NCBI GenBank assembly: GCA_032718475.1
Contig: JAUCBJ010007002.1
Location: 1 to 64,000 of the forward strand
Length of the DNA: 64,000 nt
Direction: 5' to 3'
Source of the DNA: Nemertoderma westbladi
Lineage: Eukaryota; Animalia; Xenacoelomorpha
Of the stretch, positions 23,669 through 37,236 are shown in pieces. Position numbers and translations under genes: made by a program. The notes under the pieces were generated by a model. The model saw only the letters and a program-made list of their open reading frames with translations, was not told the DNA's origin and did no database searches. The number at the start of each line of letters is the position of its first letter. The stretch's first letter is position 1.

Positions 23669-25030
23669 TTACGTTATGGAGTCCCTAGATGTTTGAAGGA
23701 TTAGGGAGGTGGTCGTGGGAAGAGAATCTTGCCTTCCACAGTTTCCGGAGAGTCCTCCATTCCCTTCCGGTAAACACAAACGACCGACTGGGTGATTGAG
23801 TCGCTGCATCCCGAATACAATTCCAGGTTTCCTCTTCGTCCTGGAATAGTGACGATAGAAACATCGCTCTAGGTACACGACGGCCTTACAAAGCCGATTC
23901 CAGGAGCTATAGTGGTCCGTCGCTCCCTGCAGGAGAGGTGAGAGTCCCTGCGAGACGTCTGATGTTCCAGAGCTCCAATCGCTCTCTCTGATCTTCATGA
24001 AGGATCCACTCGCGGTGGGGAGGTCCAGATCCACGGCGTCGTCCCTGGCAATATGTAATACCGACAGATCTATCCCGGGTTCAAATAACTCCGATCCACC
24101 CGTCCGGGTTTTAGGTTTGACTTTCTCCGCTCCCTTGGCTGGTCTAATCTCAGTCGGAGTAAGATGGGGAGGCCATTCATCCTCCTTACTCAGGAAGTCG
24201 GGTTCACCTAACCGGTCTGTAGTATCTGTCAGTTCTTGAGGAGTTGCTCCTCTGGAAGCGATGTCAGTTGGATTAAACTTCTTGGGGCAATATCTCCATT
24301 GATCTACATTGGAGCTAATATCGTCATTATCTGAGGAGTATGGTGTTCCCTCAGTTGGGTCGTCTCCCTCACTAGTATCATCTTCCCATTCACTCACCTG
24401 GCAGACGCGATCTTGAAGCAGTCTTTCTCTGAGCGTTCTTCGGGAAGGTCCAGTAAGGTACCAACCTACTCTAGTTCTTACCGCATAGGTCTGAAGTGGT
24501 TGCGGTTGAGCAGGTCGTTTCTCCAATGTCTCCAGCGCCTCATGCGCGTTTTGACCGATTAATATTTGTACTCCAGGATAATCGGTGTCGAATCTAGGAA
24601 TGTTAAGTTGTTGGGCATGATCATCTTCGTCCCAATTATAAGGTTCCACTTGGGTGGTAGCGAAGTTCTTTATTGCCACCATTTTGACTGACCTTATACT
24701 GTGTTCTCCTAGTTTATCCTGTGGAGTGGACAACTCACCTATATAATAGTCGGCAGCCACAGCAGATTTCCAAACCTGCATGATCCCTGACATGTTTAGC
24801 TTGGTTCGGAACTTGGGTTGTCCAGCAAAGATGTCTTCGGCTAGTTCTTTATCGATGAATGTTCCTGTGCTGCCGGAGTCCAGGAGGGCGTTCACTATAT
24901 AGCTCTTCTGAGGTCCGTGGACCCGTAACTGGACTACAGGAAATTCTCGGATTCCTACATTTGAAGTTGGCGCTTTCCAAGATTGTTGTTGATCTGAAGT
25001 AGTTAGAGTGAGGTCACTTTCTGTATCTTT
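23669..25030 (-). pseudogene. pol: A2 protease fused through deletions to an RNase H/linker remnant and the integrase C-terminal tail
   Basis: ALLDSGSTGTFI. SSDNDDI jumps to DQWRYCP..NPTDIASRG. RKPGI..LNHPVGRLCL matches A1 37650-37809. Confidence 0.88.
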
Positions 25031-25031
25031 T

Positions 25032-27361
25032 TCATACAGTGAGTGCTCGATACACTGCGGTATTTATCATGTAACAGGATTCGTTTTCGTCGGAGAACTC
25101 GTCCGTATAGAATCCTTCCATCTCAGATTGATCAGTGTCGTTCACATCACTGAATTGGACATGTAGTTCGGAATCACTCAACTGACTCGGACTATTTCGC
25201 TCGAATTCAGTGTGCAACAAGATATGATGTTTCGCACCGCACTTTGCACACCTTGCGTCGGAGTAACAGGTTCGCCGTTGGTGTCCTCGTCTGAGGCAAT
25301 TATAACACAACCGCTTATCCCACATGACTTCCCGTCTCTCTTTTAATGATTTCTTTAAGAATTCATCGCACATATTCAAGCGGTGGGGCCCGTCGCACAG
25401 CACACATTTGGGTTTGATGTTACTTACTTTAACCTGTGCTGTGTGGTGCACACTTGTTCTTTCCTCGGGCTTTCTTACATGAATTCTCTTGGGAGACGTA
25501 GGAGGGGTTTTTCTTACCGGTTCTCTTCTGTCATTGGGTCGAGACTTGAATTTACTTACCTGTTCTATAGGCGCTTTATTGCCATAATAAGATCTTTCAG
25601 TGTCTTTTCCGCTGTCCTCTCCTTGAGAAGTCTGGCTTTCGCCATCGTCGGTATAACACACTGGTGTTACCTTTCTCCTGGAAAGGGGTTTCTCACTTAC
25701 CTTATTTTCCGGTGTCTTCTCTCTGGACTGCTTGAGGAGTTGTAATTTCACTTCTCCGTCCAAGAATGACATGAGATCAGCCATGGTAGGGTCTCTTCGT
25801 TGTTGTTCCATCATATATAACACTGTCTTGTCCCAGCGTGTACCTACTCCACCCTTTGGCAGAGTTGATGCTAAGGCTCCTACAACCATAGAATTCTGGT
25901 ATTCATGAGACTTACCTAACCAATCTAGCTGTCTACAGATCTCCTGAATTTCGTCGGAAAACTCTATAATCCCGCTGCTAAGAAACTTTCGGGGCACCAT
26001 TAATTTTGCATACAAATACCTAGCTATGTTAGTCCTATTACCATACCTGATGTTTATTGTATCCCAAACTTGTCTTAATCCATCTGGATGTCCAATAAAC
26101 TTTAACGCCATTAACTTGGGAGATCCTTCCAAGCACTCGATGAGGAATCTAAGCTTTTCTCCGTTAGATAACATGGAGTTCTGTATGTTATCTTTGTAAT
26201 ATTCATTAAAAGGTAACCATTTCATCTCATCTCCATTGAACTTGACGATCTCTCCCATCTTTACCGCTTGACGGGCTTCGGTTCTAGCCATTTGACGCGT
26301 AAAACTTTCTTGGGCCATCGTATTATTTAATATCGAGTTATCGGTATATAAATTTCTCGGATTATTATCAAGTCTATATGGAATATCACTGTCAACAGGT
26401 TTATAATTACCCTTAATAGGGTTCACTATAGGAGTTTCTACTTCACTAACACTAACAGTATAGATGCGTGTAGGCTCCACACCTTGCGCATGAAATACTT
26501 CAGACCTAACAGGTTGACACATTGTTACAGAGGGTGGTGGTATACCCTTTTGTAAATTTACTAACTTATCGCGTTCTAACGCGATACTTTGCTGCACTTC
26601 TTGCAACGCTAACCTACCCTCTCTTACTGCTCCCTTTAACTGCTGAACAGTCCCTTCCAACTCCCGGACCTGCTGGGAGGAACATTTACAATGTTCCCTC
26701 AGCTGCCCGAGCAGGAGACCCATCTCCCATCGTCCCTCAGCTACCCACTCGACCGCCGAAGCGGGAGTCGCCAACGTAGTAGCGGGCAAGCGAGAGATGA
26801 CGGGCGATAAATTCTTAATATCTCGCTCGGCGTCCAGGATGGGTTCGGACTCGGGAACAGTCCTACTGGGCACAGGTAGTTTCGTGCTGTGCAAAGGGAA
26901 TTTAGAGGTAGGTTCTGGGAGTACAGGTGTCTCTATCACCGCAGGGGTGGCTTTGAGAACAGGCCTAATTATTTCAGGCTCATCTACTATAGTAGGGAGT
27001 CTTTCTACTGTAATAATTTGGTCTGTGGGTTCTGTACTACCTAAGTCTGTGCTAGCTAGTCTCACCGCAGGAGGCAAATTAGGTAACTTCGGACAGTGTG
27101 GCATTCTTCTACGCCTGCTTGAACGAGATTTATTACCTCTACTTTCGGGATCTCTTATATCACCTTCATCGGAGGAGGCAAATAACTGTCTTCCGATTTG
27201 TCTCCTCAAGTCTGCTTCTGCCACTGCCTCTGCCGCTTTTCTTTCTGCTTCTGCCGCTACTACTTTTCTTTCTTCTATCCTTTCAAGACACTGTCCAAGT
27301 CGAAGACTCATTCTAACACTTTTCAAAAGACTATCTGACAGTGCCCGTTTTGTGTCAGATA
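25032..27361 (-). pseudogene. gag: A2 gag with a shortened N-terminal extension; start codon position reads ATA
   Basis: 764-aa ORF highly similar to A1 Gag from RSRSSRRRR through the zinc knuckles. Confidence 0.9.
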
Positions 27362-29572
27362 TGTTTGATTGTACAGTTGAATGCCTACTGCTATATTACA
27401 GTCTAAGCAAGTCTAGTAATTCAGCATTAACTGCTAGCCTAGTAATTAATTACCGATACTGCTACTCAGTGGAGCGTGATATATATATAATATATTAGAA
27501 TACCGGTATGCTTATAGTATATATAAGTATTATTACAGACTAGGTTTGTCACAGAATGCCGGTAGGTACTTTCAGCACAAATATAAAAATATATAATAGG
27601 CCTATCGTGAATACCGGTATGCAGTTTACACTTATAGTGTATATATATAAGTATAATTACAGACTAGAATTAATTACAGAATACCGGTATAATTTCAGCT
27701 TATATTTATAAAAATAAAGATAATAAGCCTATTGTAAATACCGGTATATCAATTATTTTAGAATAATTGAATTTCTGAATTTTAAGGGCTACTTGATTAC
27801 TTTAACTTACTTTATTACCGTTATTTAAGCAGTAGTCCAACTGATATTGAGACCTAATTGTTGTATGGCAGGCCTACTATTTATAAATCATTTGAGTTGA
27901 TTTATAATATATATATACCCGTTTAATGGGTTTTGTCAATGTTTGAAATAAATGTTATTATTTCTGGGGGAGTCACTACACATAAGCTGTGCGCTCTCAG
28001 TGGAGTGCTACTTGTTAGACACTAAAACAAATAATTCTAATTTACCTAAGTTACTTAATACTACAAATTACGTACAATTCGGGTTGAGATTACAATCTCT
28101 AAATAAACACAAAAATTTAATTACAAATATACAAATACGAATTTTTAGGGTAATTTTACAAGAAGTCTACTAACCAGCCTAACAAAGGGTTAGAATATCT
28201 GGTTATTACAACGGACAGGTTACTACGGTATTTGAAAATAATAAGTAGTAGTAAATATACTGCGTTGTCCAGATAGGAAAATACCACCGCCTGACGACCT
28301 ATAACCGTATCGCTATAGGTACTACGTTATGTATCACGGAGTGTCCCTACCTAGAAGTTAATTACCGCGGTCTACCAGAACCAACGTGCCTATTAACCAC
28401 TTTACAACACAAATACACTGCCTACACACTCATAACTTTCGGAAAGCACTGTACACTAAACCCTAAATTAGGTACAAGTACTTGTATAACAAATAATTAG
28501 TAGTTAAAAATACTTGAACAGCCAAAAGAACCACGTTATCTGCCGGAGTGACCAAAGCACAAAATCTCCAGTCTTTACCTATGCCGAGCAGCCCTGATGT
28601 AGTACCGGGGTTAGTTTAACTATAACGGTATGTATAACAAACACAATTACTGTAGGAATAAACTTGGGGATATGAATGTTGCGAATAATCGCATAAACTC
28701 TGAATAATAAATATTACGCTACGCGTACAAACTACTCAAACAAAATGCAGACCAAACACTGACAGACTACTATCAAGCCTAAACAAACTACGGTATATGC
28801 AGACTCCAAAATGATTAGTTAGTATGCGTTCTAACCCAGTAGTACGACTTATTCTTTCACAGGGGGTTTACCTCACAGCACTTGAAGCCCCTACTTTCCT
28901 AACTTAGCACTTTATCGGACAGATGCTCTACACACACCGAAATTTCCTCAAACCCAACAACAGCCAGACAACTATCCAGCCTACAAATTATCTAAATAAA
29001 ATTATACGCTACCCGTACAGACTACAAACAAAGTACAGACCAAACGCTGGCGGACTCCTATCAGGCCTAAATAAACCACAGGACATGCAGACTCCGAAAT
29101 GGTTAAGTAGCATGCGTTCTAACCCAGTAGTACGACTTATTCTTTAGATGGGGGTTTACCTTACAGCTATGGCTGCCCCTACTTCCTAACCGTTCTTTAT
29201 CGGACATACACTCTGCATGCACTGCAATCCGTTCAGACCTAATCAACAGTTAGCCAACAGTCAAGCCTACAAATTATCTGTACAATCTGAGCAGCCTTAC
29301 ACGCCTTCTGCTCAATACTGGCCTACAAATAAATAAAACTGACAGAAATAAGTAAAATCTCAATAAAAAACCAGGGCGGGCCCTCCCTGATTAATTATTA
29401 AGGCCTACTGGTATATAACAATCAAAATCGAATAATACTGCTATACCTGTACTGGAAGTACCGGTTAGGACAGTTGAGCCTACGGGCCTACAGCAGTACC
29501 GGTTCAGGTTTACCGGTTGACCGGTACTTTCAACTTTATTGCTTACTGCAATAAAGAAGCTATATCCGTTAT

Positions 29573-30785
29573 TGTTCGCGCTTTCAGACCTTTGGCAGGT
29601 TAACCCGCCAAATTAGGATGTCTTCTAGATAATAAATCGCTTTTAGCCTCTGACAAGTATTTGATTCACTACACTAGTTGAAACCAATCTGTGCGCGATC
29701 ATTCACCCGCTGGATATACCCGGGAGATTGACTTCGACGGCTTAATCTTATTGCTATGATAACCTAATGTATTATTCGACTGACAGTATTATATAATCTC
29801 TGACAATATTATTCACCTTCGGGGAATATTAACAGTTCCTTTTGGACGTGGCGCTCTATCTATATAAACAGAGCTATGACTTAAACTACATGCAACGATA
29901 TGGCTTAGTTACAATTCACATATATGGCGCATTCTTTAGGAAATGCTTCGTTATCAGTCTCACTCATACACAATGCTGCACAATACTGCACACTGATCTG
30001 CCGATCTTCACTGATTTTAGTCACATATAAAAGGAACACAGACCGACTCATGTAGGGTCTATCAGATAACATTAGATTCACTTCAAACCACTTTAACATA
30101 AGTCACAATCGTTATATGTAACCTGTCTCTCTTACCTTCGGTATATCAAGAATATTGGGTTTTCGGGGTTATTTCTCGTTATTCCAAATATAATATTTCA
30201 TCAACCATATAATGAATAACCGACAGTAAATAGCAGTATAACGTTATAAAAGTATGCACGACAAGACCAGCCAAGCATTGAGTAAGTTGTTAACCATTGA
30301 GTTACCCAGATAACGGATATATGTCCTTATAATTAAGCCTACTAGTGTTAGGCTAAAAGCAGAAAAGCACAAATATTCCAAAAGCCGTTCTTTCTTGGCT
30401 CAGGACTGAATGATAACACTGCCCATAAAGCATTGCGTGATTTCTAGGAAATTTCTGTACAAGAACAGTAAAAACGCTCTTATTGGTTGACTGAACTGAG
30501 AGGCACCGTAGAACAAAGAAAATCGACACGTATACAGCTCAGCTGTTAACCGTCGTCATAGCAACTACTGTTTCAAGAGGGTCTAGCTATTTTGCGTCAT
30601 AGAATTGCCATAGAATCACCAACCATGTCCCCCAAAGTACACATACGGAAGAAATAGCTCTTAGGTCCTCTAAAAAACACCGATACAGCAATAATACGGC
30701 GTCTTACGCCTACTAAACCAACTACAGAGTATTTTACGGGAAAAATAAGGAAAAATAACCGGGCAATTCCGCAAAAGCTTTTACA
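29573..30785 (-). repeat. 5' LTR of A2
   Basis: Direct repeat of 19271-20483. Confidence 0.95.
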
Positions 30786-30790
30786 CCCAC

Positions 30791-33700
30791 CATGGAGTTG
30801 AAAAACAATCGATAACAACTCCATTACGAATCGTATTCGATTGTTCGGCACGGGCTGGTCGCGGGTTACCGAGTCTCAACGATTGTTTGTATTCGGGACC
30901 GAGTTTAATCTCACAAGATCTCATTGAAATGCTACTGCGTTTTCGTCTGAACCTGTATTGCGCATTGGCGGATATCGAGAAGGCTTACTTACAGGTGATA
31001 TTAGATGAAAACGATCGTGACGTCACACGCTTCATGTGGCCAGAGGATCCAACCAATCCTCACAGTCCTTGGGTCACATATCGATTTCGAGTAGTCCTTT
31101 TTGGTGCTACTTGTTCCCAATTCCTTCTCAATGCTACTGTGCGTCATCATGTCCGCAAACTAAACCCTCCATGCGCTCAACGTATTCTCAATGGTTTGTA
31201 CGTAGGCAATTTACAAGCTAATGATAATTCTGAGCATTGTTTAATTAATTTTTATAACGAAAGTCGCGGTATTTTAGCCGCTGGTGGGTTTCCTTTAAGG
31301 GAGTGGGTTACTAATTCACCAGAATTAGCTGAGTTGATAAAAGTAAACCATGACGGACCTAAAGTAACTAATAATGAACAAAAGGTTTTGGGATTATGTT
31401 GGAACATGTCTGATGACGCCATAGGATTCCAAGATAGGAACATGACATCATCAGCGGTTATTTTAACAAAACGTAAGGTTGTTAGTTTGGCATCAAGGGT
31501 TTTTGATCCATTGGGATTCATAAATCCAGTGACAATACGATCTCGTTTATTAATACGGGATATATGGGCTCTCGGTATTAAATGGGACGCCCCACTCCCA
31601 GACAACATTGTAAAAGAGTGGCATAACATTCTTTCTGATCTTATTTTGTGCTTTAGTTTTTGTCTGCCTAGGCAATTATGTGTAACTCCTGAAGCATCTA
31701 TACACGCTTTTTGTGATGCATCAGGAAAAGCTTTCGGTGCTGTTATTTATATTGTTTTAGATAATATTTCTAAACTTGTGATTTCCAAGTGTAAACTTGC
31801 TCCAATCAAGGGTGGTAAAACCACGCCTTCATTACCGCAGCTAGAATTGACAGCTGCTGCTATTGGATCAAAACTTCTAAAGTTTGTAACAAACGTTTAT
31901 AAAGTTGAAACTGATAATAGTAATAAATTATTTTTGTGGACTGATAGTAAAATAACATTGGCCTGGATTAATTCTGACAAAATACAAAAACCGTATATCC
32001 AACGCCGTGTTCTAGAAATAAGAGAAAACTTACCCAATGGTACATTTCTTTATGTACCAACAGACGACAATCCAGCTGATTGTTTATCTCGTGGTATTTC
32101 GGCCAAGAAATTTCTTAAATTTAATTTATGGATTTCTGGTCCAACCTGGCTCACATCTGATAATTGGCCAAATCAAAGTGATATTTCTGTTGACCAAATG
32201 GAGCCAGGTGAACAGCCAATTGTATCTATTGCAACAATGTCTGTTAATGAGACTGTTATTTGTACTCCCCCTGTTATATGTCCAATCGATATTAAACGTT
32301 TTGGGAATTTCAATAAGTTGATAACTATAACAGCTTTAGTATTTCGTTTTATTAGAAATTTAAAGTATGCAATAAATTGTTGATAAATCTCGTACTCGTA
32401 CTATAGTTGATATTGTGCCAAGTAATGTGCATTTTAATATTTTTCCATTGTTACGAGTGAGTGAAGTGCGCGATGCTGAAATTTGGTTAGTCCAACAGGC
32501 ACAGCGTGAATCTTATCCGGAGGTTTGGGATTACTTGATTACTTCTAAAGGTCGTATGCCAACTATTGTGCGTCAATTACGTCTTACTATGATGGATGGT
32601 GTGATACGTAGTGTGGGAAGAATCGACAATGCCAATCTGCCATGGGAAACTAAATACCCCTTGTTTCTGCCATCCCACCATTGGTTAACACATTTAATCA
32701 TTAAGTACACGCATGAACATTTAGTTAAGCACTCGGGTATTGCAGATACAGTAGTTTTCTTAAGACAGAGGTGGTGGATTCCAGCTATCCGTCAACGAGT
32801 TCGATCTCTGTGCAGACAGTGTACAACATGTCGTAAAATTCAAGGACCCCATTATCAAGTACCGCCTCCTCCCCCATTACCTAACATTCGAGTACAGGAA
32901 TGTCATCCATTTAAGTGTAGTGGTGTAGATTACACCGGCAGTTTATTAGTGAAAGACAACGACTACAAATTCAAAGTGTATATAGCATTATTTACTTGTG
33001 CTGCGAGTCGTGCGGTCCATTTAGAAATAGTGCGTGATAATAGTACTGATGCTTTCCTACTGGCTCTGCGACGATTTGTTGGGCGGCGAGGGTGTCCTTC
33101 GAGATTGTTAAGTGATAATTCGTCGACATTCACCTCAGCAGATGGTTGTTTAAGGCAGGCCAAAGAAGACCCTAGTGTCAGTAAGTTCTTATTGTCACAT
33201 CGAATTACATGGGATTTTATCCCCCCAGCAGCACCATGGTTTGGCGGGATATGGGAACGCCTGGTGCGAATGATGAAGACTAGTTTGAAGAAGGTGTTAG
33301 GTTGCGCGTTAATATCTCTAGAAGAGTTGCAAACGCTTATTGTTGAGGTTGAGTGTATAATGAATGACAGACCTCTTACCTATGTTTCGGGAGATAATAA
33401 TGATCCACAGCCACTAACTCCATCAATGTTAATATCAGGTCACCGCATTAATACATTGTATAATCCCAATAGCCTCGATAGTGATGTGTGGCGTGATCCC
33501 GATTATTGTCCAACTGTATCTAGAGATAGTCTAACTCGTGGTCATCTTCGTTTGCTAAAGTTATTGAGTGATCTGTGGACCCGGTGGTCCAAGGAATATT
33601 TAACAACATTGCGGGAGCACCATCGTTGGGATTCTCGTGACCCTAGTAATGTTGTGAGTGTTGGAGACGTAGTTCTCATCCATGATAATGTCCTACCGCG

Positions 33701-34037
33701 TGGGCGTTGGAATCTAGGCAAGGTGATAGACTTACATCCGGGTAATGACGGTTGGGTTCGATTCGTAACCTTACGTACTGCTACGGGAATATACAAGAGA
33801 CCAATTAAGAAACTCTATCCAATAGAATTAGCGTCTCCCGCCTCCGACGATCCTATTGGTAACAACCCTGTGGTTTCTGCACGCCCCCAAGCGGTGGTTA
33901 AGTTCGACAATCCCTCAGAACGCCAGCCCTCACAGCGTAAGGCGGCTCAATCGGCTAGAGAGAGAGTTTCATCTTATTATGACGATATTAGTGACTCTTC
34001 AAAGTCTGAGTGCAGTTCTGGAAGTGAAAGTTTTTAG
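30791..34037 (+). pseudogene. pol: B RT, RNase H and integrase (frame break near 32383-32415; RT catalytic motif reads YVGN)
   Basis: ADIEKAYLQV, AFCDAS, LPQLEL, NPADCLSRG, HHCC zinc domain, GVDYTG, SDNSSTF, GGIWERL. Confidence 0.93.
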
Positions 34038-34167
34038 TAACAAATGACGGATTTGTAGTTAGTTAATATGTATTGTTCAGTAATTATTATTCACGAAAGA
34101 TGTTTGTAATAATTTTAGTGTATATTATTTGCAACTGTACCCAATTGATTATTTTTAGGCGGGAGAA

Positions 34168-34438
34168 TGTAATAAAGTTATTACAGTAGATTTATACTAT
34201 TTTATACTGTATACTTCTTTTGGTGAAGGTTTGCTACCGGTACAGTGCTGATAGATGATTTATTGATTGAGAGACAAGCCAGCAAGCAGATTATTATATA
34301 TTTAGTATTGTCTGACAGCTGACCCCTTTTCTTGTTGCTTTAGCTGATTGCCGGATGCAGTCAGCATTATGTTCGACTGAAGGCTGACTGTTGGATACAG
34401 TCAGCACTGATATATTTGGTGTGTGTATATTCCGCACA
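34168..34438 (+). repeat. 3' LTR of B
   Basis: Direct repeat of 16271-16541. Confidence 0.95.
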
Positions 34439-35674
34439 ATAAACAACAAGTTGAAAGTTCCTCGAGCGGAGTTAAAGGCGGCTCTATACGCTACAGCCAT
34501 CGTCCGGAATGTAACAGAACAGATCGACTATCCACTGGAGAAAACTGTCTATTGGACTGATGCTTTACTCGTGTTGGAGTATCTAACCAATGAAGTCTGT
34601 CAGTTCAGCGTCTTTGTTACCAACCGAGTAGCCATTATACTTAGTCGCACGAAGATAGATCAATGGAGACATTGCCCTGGGACGATTAATCCAGCCGACA
34701 TCGCCTCCAGGGGAGCAACTCCACAAGAACTAATAGATACTCCAGACTGGTTAGGTGGACCTGACTTCCTAAGTAAGGAAGAGGATGAATGGCCTCCTCA
34801 TCTTACCACGACGGAAATTAGACAAGCCAAGGGAGCGGAGAAAGTCAAACCTAAAACCCGGGCGAGTAAATCGAAGTTATTTAAACCCGTGATAGATCTG
34901 TCTGTACTACACACTTCCGGAGACGACGTTTTGGATCCAAAATTTCCCACCACAAACAAGTCTGTTGTGGAAATCAGAGAGAGAGATTGGAAATCTGGAA
35001 CACCAGACGTCTCGCAAGGACTCTCACCTCTCCTGCAGAGAGCGATCTTTACCATGCTGGTAGAGAACGAGTTCTTAGCGAAATTCGAACTCGCTATTAT
35101 TTTCATAAACCCCGTAGAGCTCTGAACCAAGTCCTTAGGAACTGCATACCCTGTAGGAAAGCATTCAGTAGACCTTTAACACAGCAAGAGGCAGAATTAC
35201 CTAGGGAATGAGTAAGCTTCTATGAACCACCCTTCACAAATACCGGTGTAGATTTATTTGGCCCTATTGAAGTATATCGTGCTAGGACTATGGTCAAGAG
35301 ATGGTGTGTCATCTTTGTCTGTATGACTTGTAGAGCTATCCATCTCGATATGGTGAACGATTTATCTACCAATAGCTTCATATTGAGCTTACGCCGACAG
35401 ATCGCTCGCTTTGGAACTAGTAACACGATGAGATCTGATAAAGGAACGAACTTCATTGGTGCCAACAATGAAATCAAAGCTTACGTCAGAGATTGGAATC
35501 AAAGACAGGTGGACGATCAGCTAAGGATAACCGCTTCTAGCTGGACCTTCAACGCCACCGACGCCCCTTGGTGGGGAGGAAGTTGGGAGAGATTAATCAG
35601 AAGCGTGAAGACCGCATTTCACTTTATAGTGCCGTGCCGAGCGTATCTCACCGACGAACTTTTGCGGACGTTAA

Positions 35675-37236
35675 CCCTATTAGTACCGGGCTATAAAATG
35701 TTGTACAAATACCGGGAGGGGGTCATATTGACCACCCCCTCTAAAATCTACAAATATTTACGAAAACGTCTGATTTTTTGTTTGTACGTAGGTATCACTT
35801 GTCTGGATCCGACCGAAAAAAAAAATTTTCGAAAAAATGTACTGGGGTGGTTATATTGCAGCACCAAACTTACAAGTAGTGCACAATTTTCACCAAATTT
35901 GAAAGTTACATTTTCGGCTAATTATTTTTCAATACAGGTTTTCTGGGGCGCAAAATACATTGGAGAATATTAAAAAATGATATGATTACTATAAATGGCT
36001 GTTTAGTCCTCTCTGCGTAGGAAAAAAATGAAAAAAACAAGTAACCAGCACTTTTCAGTTAGAACACAAAATTTTTAATTCACTTATACGATGCTATAAA
36101 TTCACATTTTTAGGTTTTCGAGGGCGCTGATTCTAATGGAATACATTTCTAATATGCCAGATCATTGCTACTTGTATTTTTCGGCGAAATTTGGCAAATT
36201 TTGGTGCTAGCACCAAATTTCGTACCCATCACCAAAAAGTACAAGTTTGCGATGTCCAGTGCTGTTTTTATTGATTCCATCGGATTCAGGACCCTCATAA
36301 ACCCGTATAACGCAAGAAACAAGGTGATACTATCTACTTATCAATTTGCATATTTTCCAAAATTTGGTGCTGGCACAACAATTTTCACCCACCGGCGAAA
36401 AATAAAAGTTTGAGAACTCTTATGAAATTTTTACTGATTCCATTGAATTCAGAACCATCACAAACCCGTATAACGCAAGAAATAAGGTGACACAATCAAT
36501 TGATATATCTGATGGTTTTCAAAATTTGGTGCTTGCACCACATTTTGCACCCACATCCGAAAAATACAAGTTTGAGATGTCTAGTTCAATAATTATATTT
36601 TCCATTGAATTCAGAACAGCCATAAACCTCTAAAACGCAAGAAATAAATTGACACAAGCAATTTTATCTATTGAATGGATTTTCAAAATTTCGTGCTAGC
36701 ACCAAAATTTGCACACAGCACCGAAAAATACAAGTTTGATACGCTTGGTGCAACTCGTATATATTTCATCGAATCCAGAAACCCAAAAAACCCCAATTGC
36801 GTAAAAAACAAGTTTCAAACGATCAATTTACAAAATTGACTTATTTCAAAATTTGGTGCTGGCACCAAAATTTGGCACCCACCGAAAAAAACAAGTTTGA
36901 AATTTCTAAATCAATTTATATGAATTCCATCAAATTTCTAACACCAAAAAACCGGTGTAAATCAAAAATAGAGATGTTACAATTCATATTTAATGAAATG
37001 TAATTTTCAAAAAACGTCTCAAAAAAAGTGCCAAAAGTAGGGTTAAAAAATGGTGCTATAACTCGAAAAGTACCCAATATTTACGTACCCAACGGTTTTC
37101 ACTACTAGGAAGACAATAGATTTTTAGGAAAAGTCATACAATTTCAGATTCCCAACTGCGTTTGTTTCAGAATTATAATAAAAAAACCACGGAGGGGGTC
37201 ATATTGACCCCCCCCTCCCCCCCGGGTTTAATAGGG
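35675..37236. mobile_element. Non-autonomous piggyBac-like DNA transposon (1562 bp) in the A1 integrase
   Basis: TTAA TSD at 35671-35674 and 37237-37240. Imperfect 16-bp TIR CCCTATTAnnnCCGGG. Subterminal GGGGTCATATTGACC palindrome near both ends. No transposase. Confidence 0.9.
36190..36960. repeat. Five diverged ~163-bp tandem units inside the piggyBac-like element
   Basis: Palindromic core TTTGGTGCTAGCACCAAA near 36200, 36363, 36525, 36689 and 36852. Confidence 0.8.

Larger units (their letters stand above)
19271..30785 (-). mobile_element. Family A copy A2: non-autonomous internal-deletion derivative (11.5 kb), inserted antisense in the RT of B
   Basis: 1213-bp LTRs at 19271-20483 and 29573-30785 (~6 mismatches). 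TSD CCCAC at 19266-19270 and 30786-30790. Keeps gag, PR and the 3' region; lacks RT and most of RH and IN. Confidence 0.95.
16271..34438 (+). mobile_element. BEL/Pao LTR retrotransposon B (separate family, tRNA-primed), inserted in the A1 RNase H region
   Basis: 271-bp LTRs at 16271-16541 and 34168-34438 (1 mismatch seen). TSD ATAAA. PBS TGGTGCCTGGACCCGG (tRNA-His-like). PPT GGCGGGAGAA. Confidence 0.95.
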
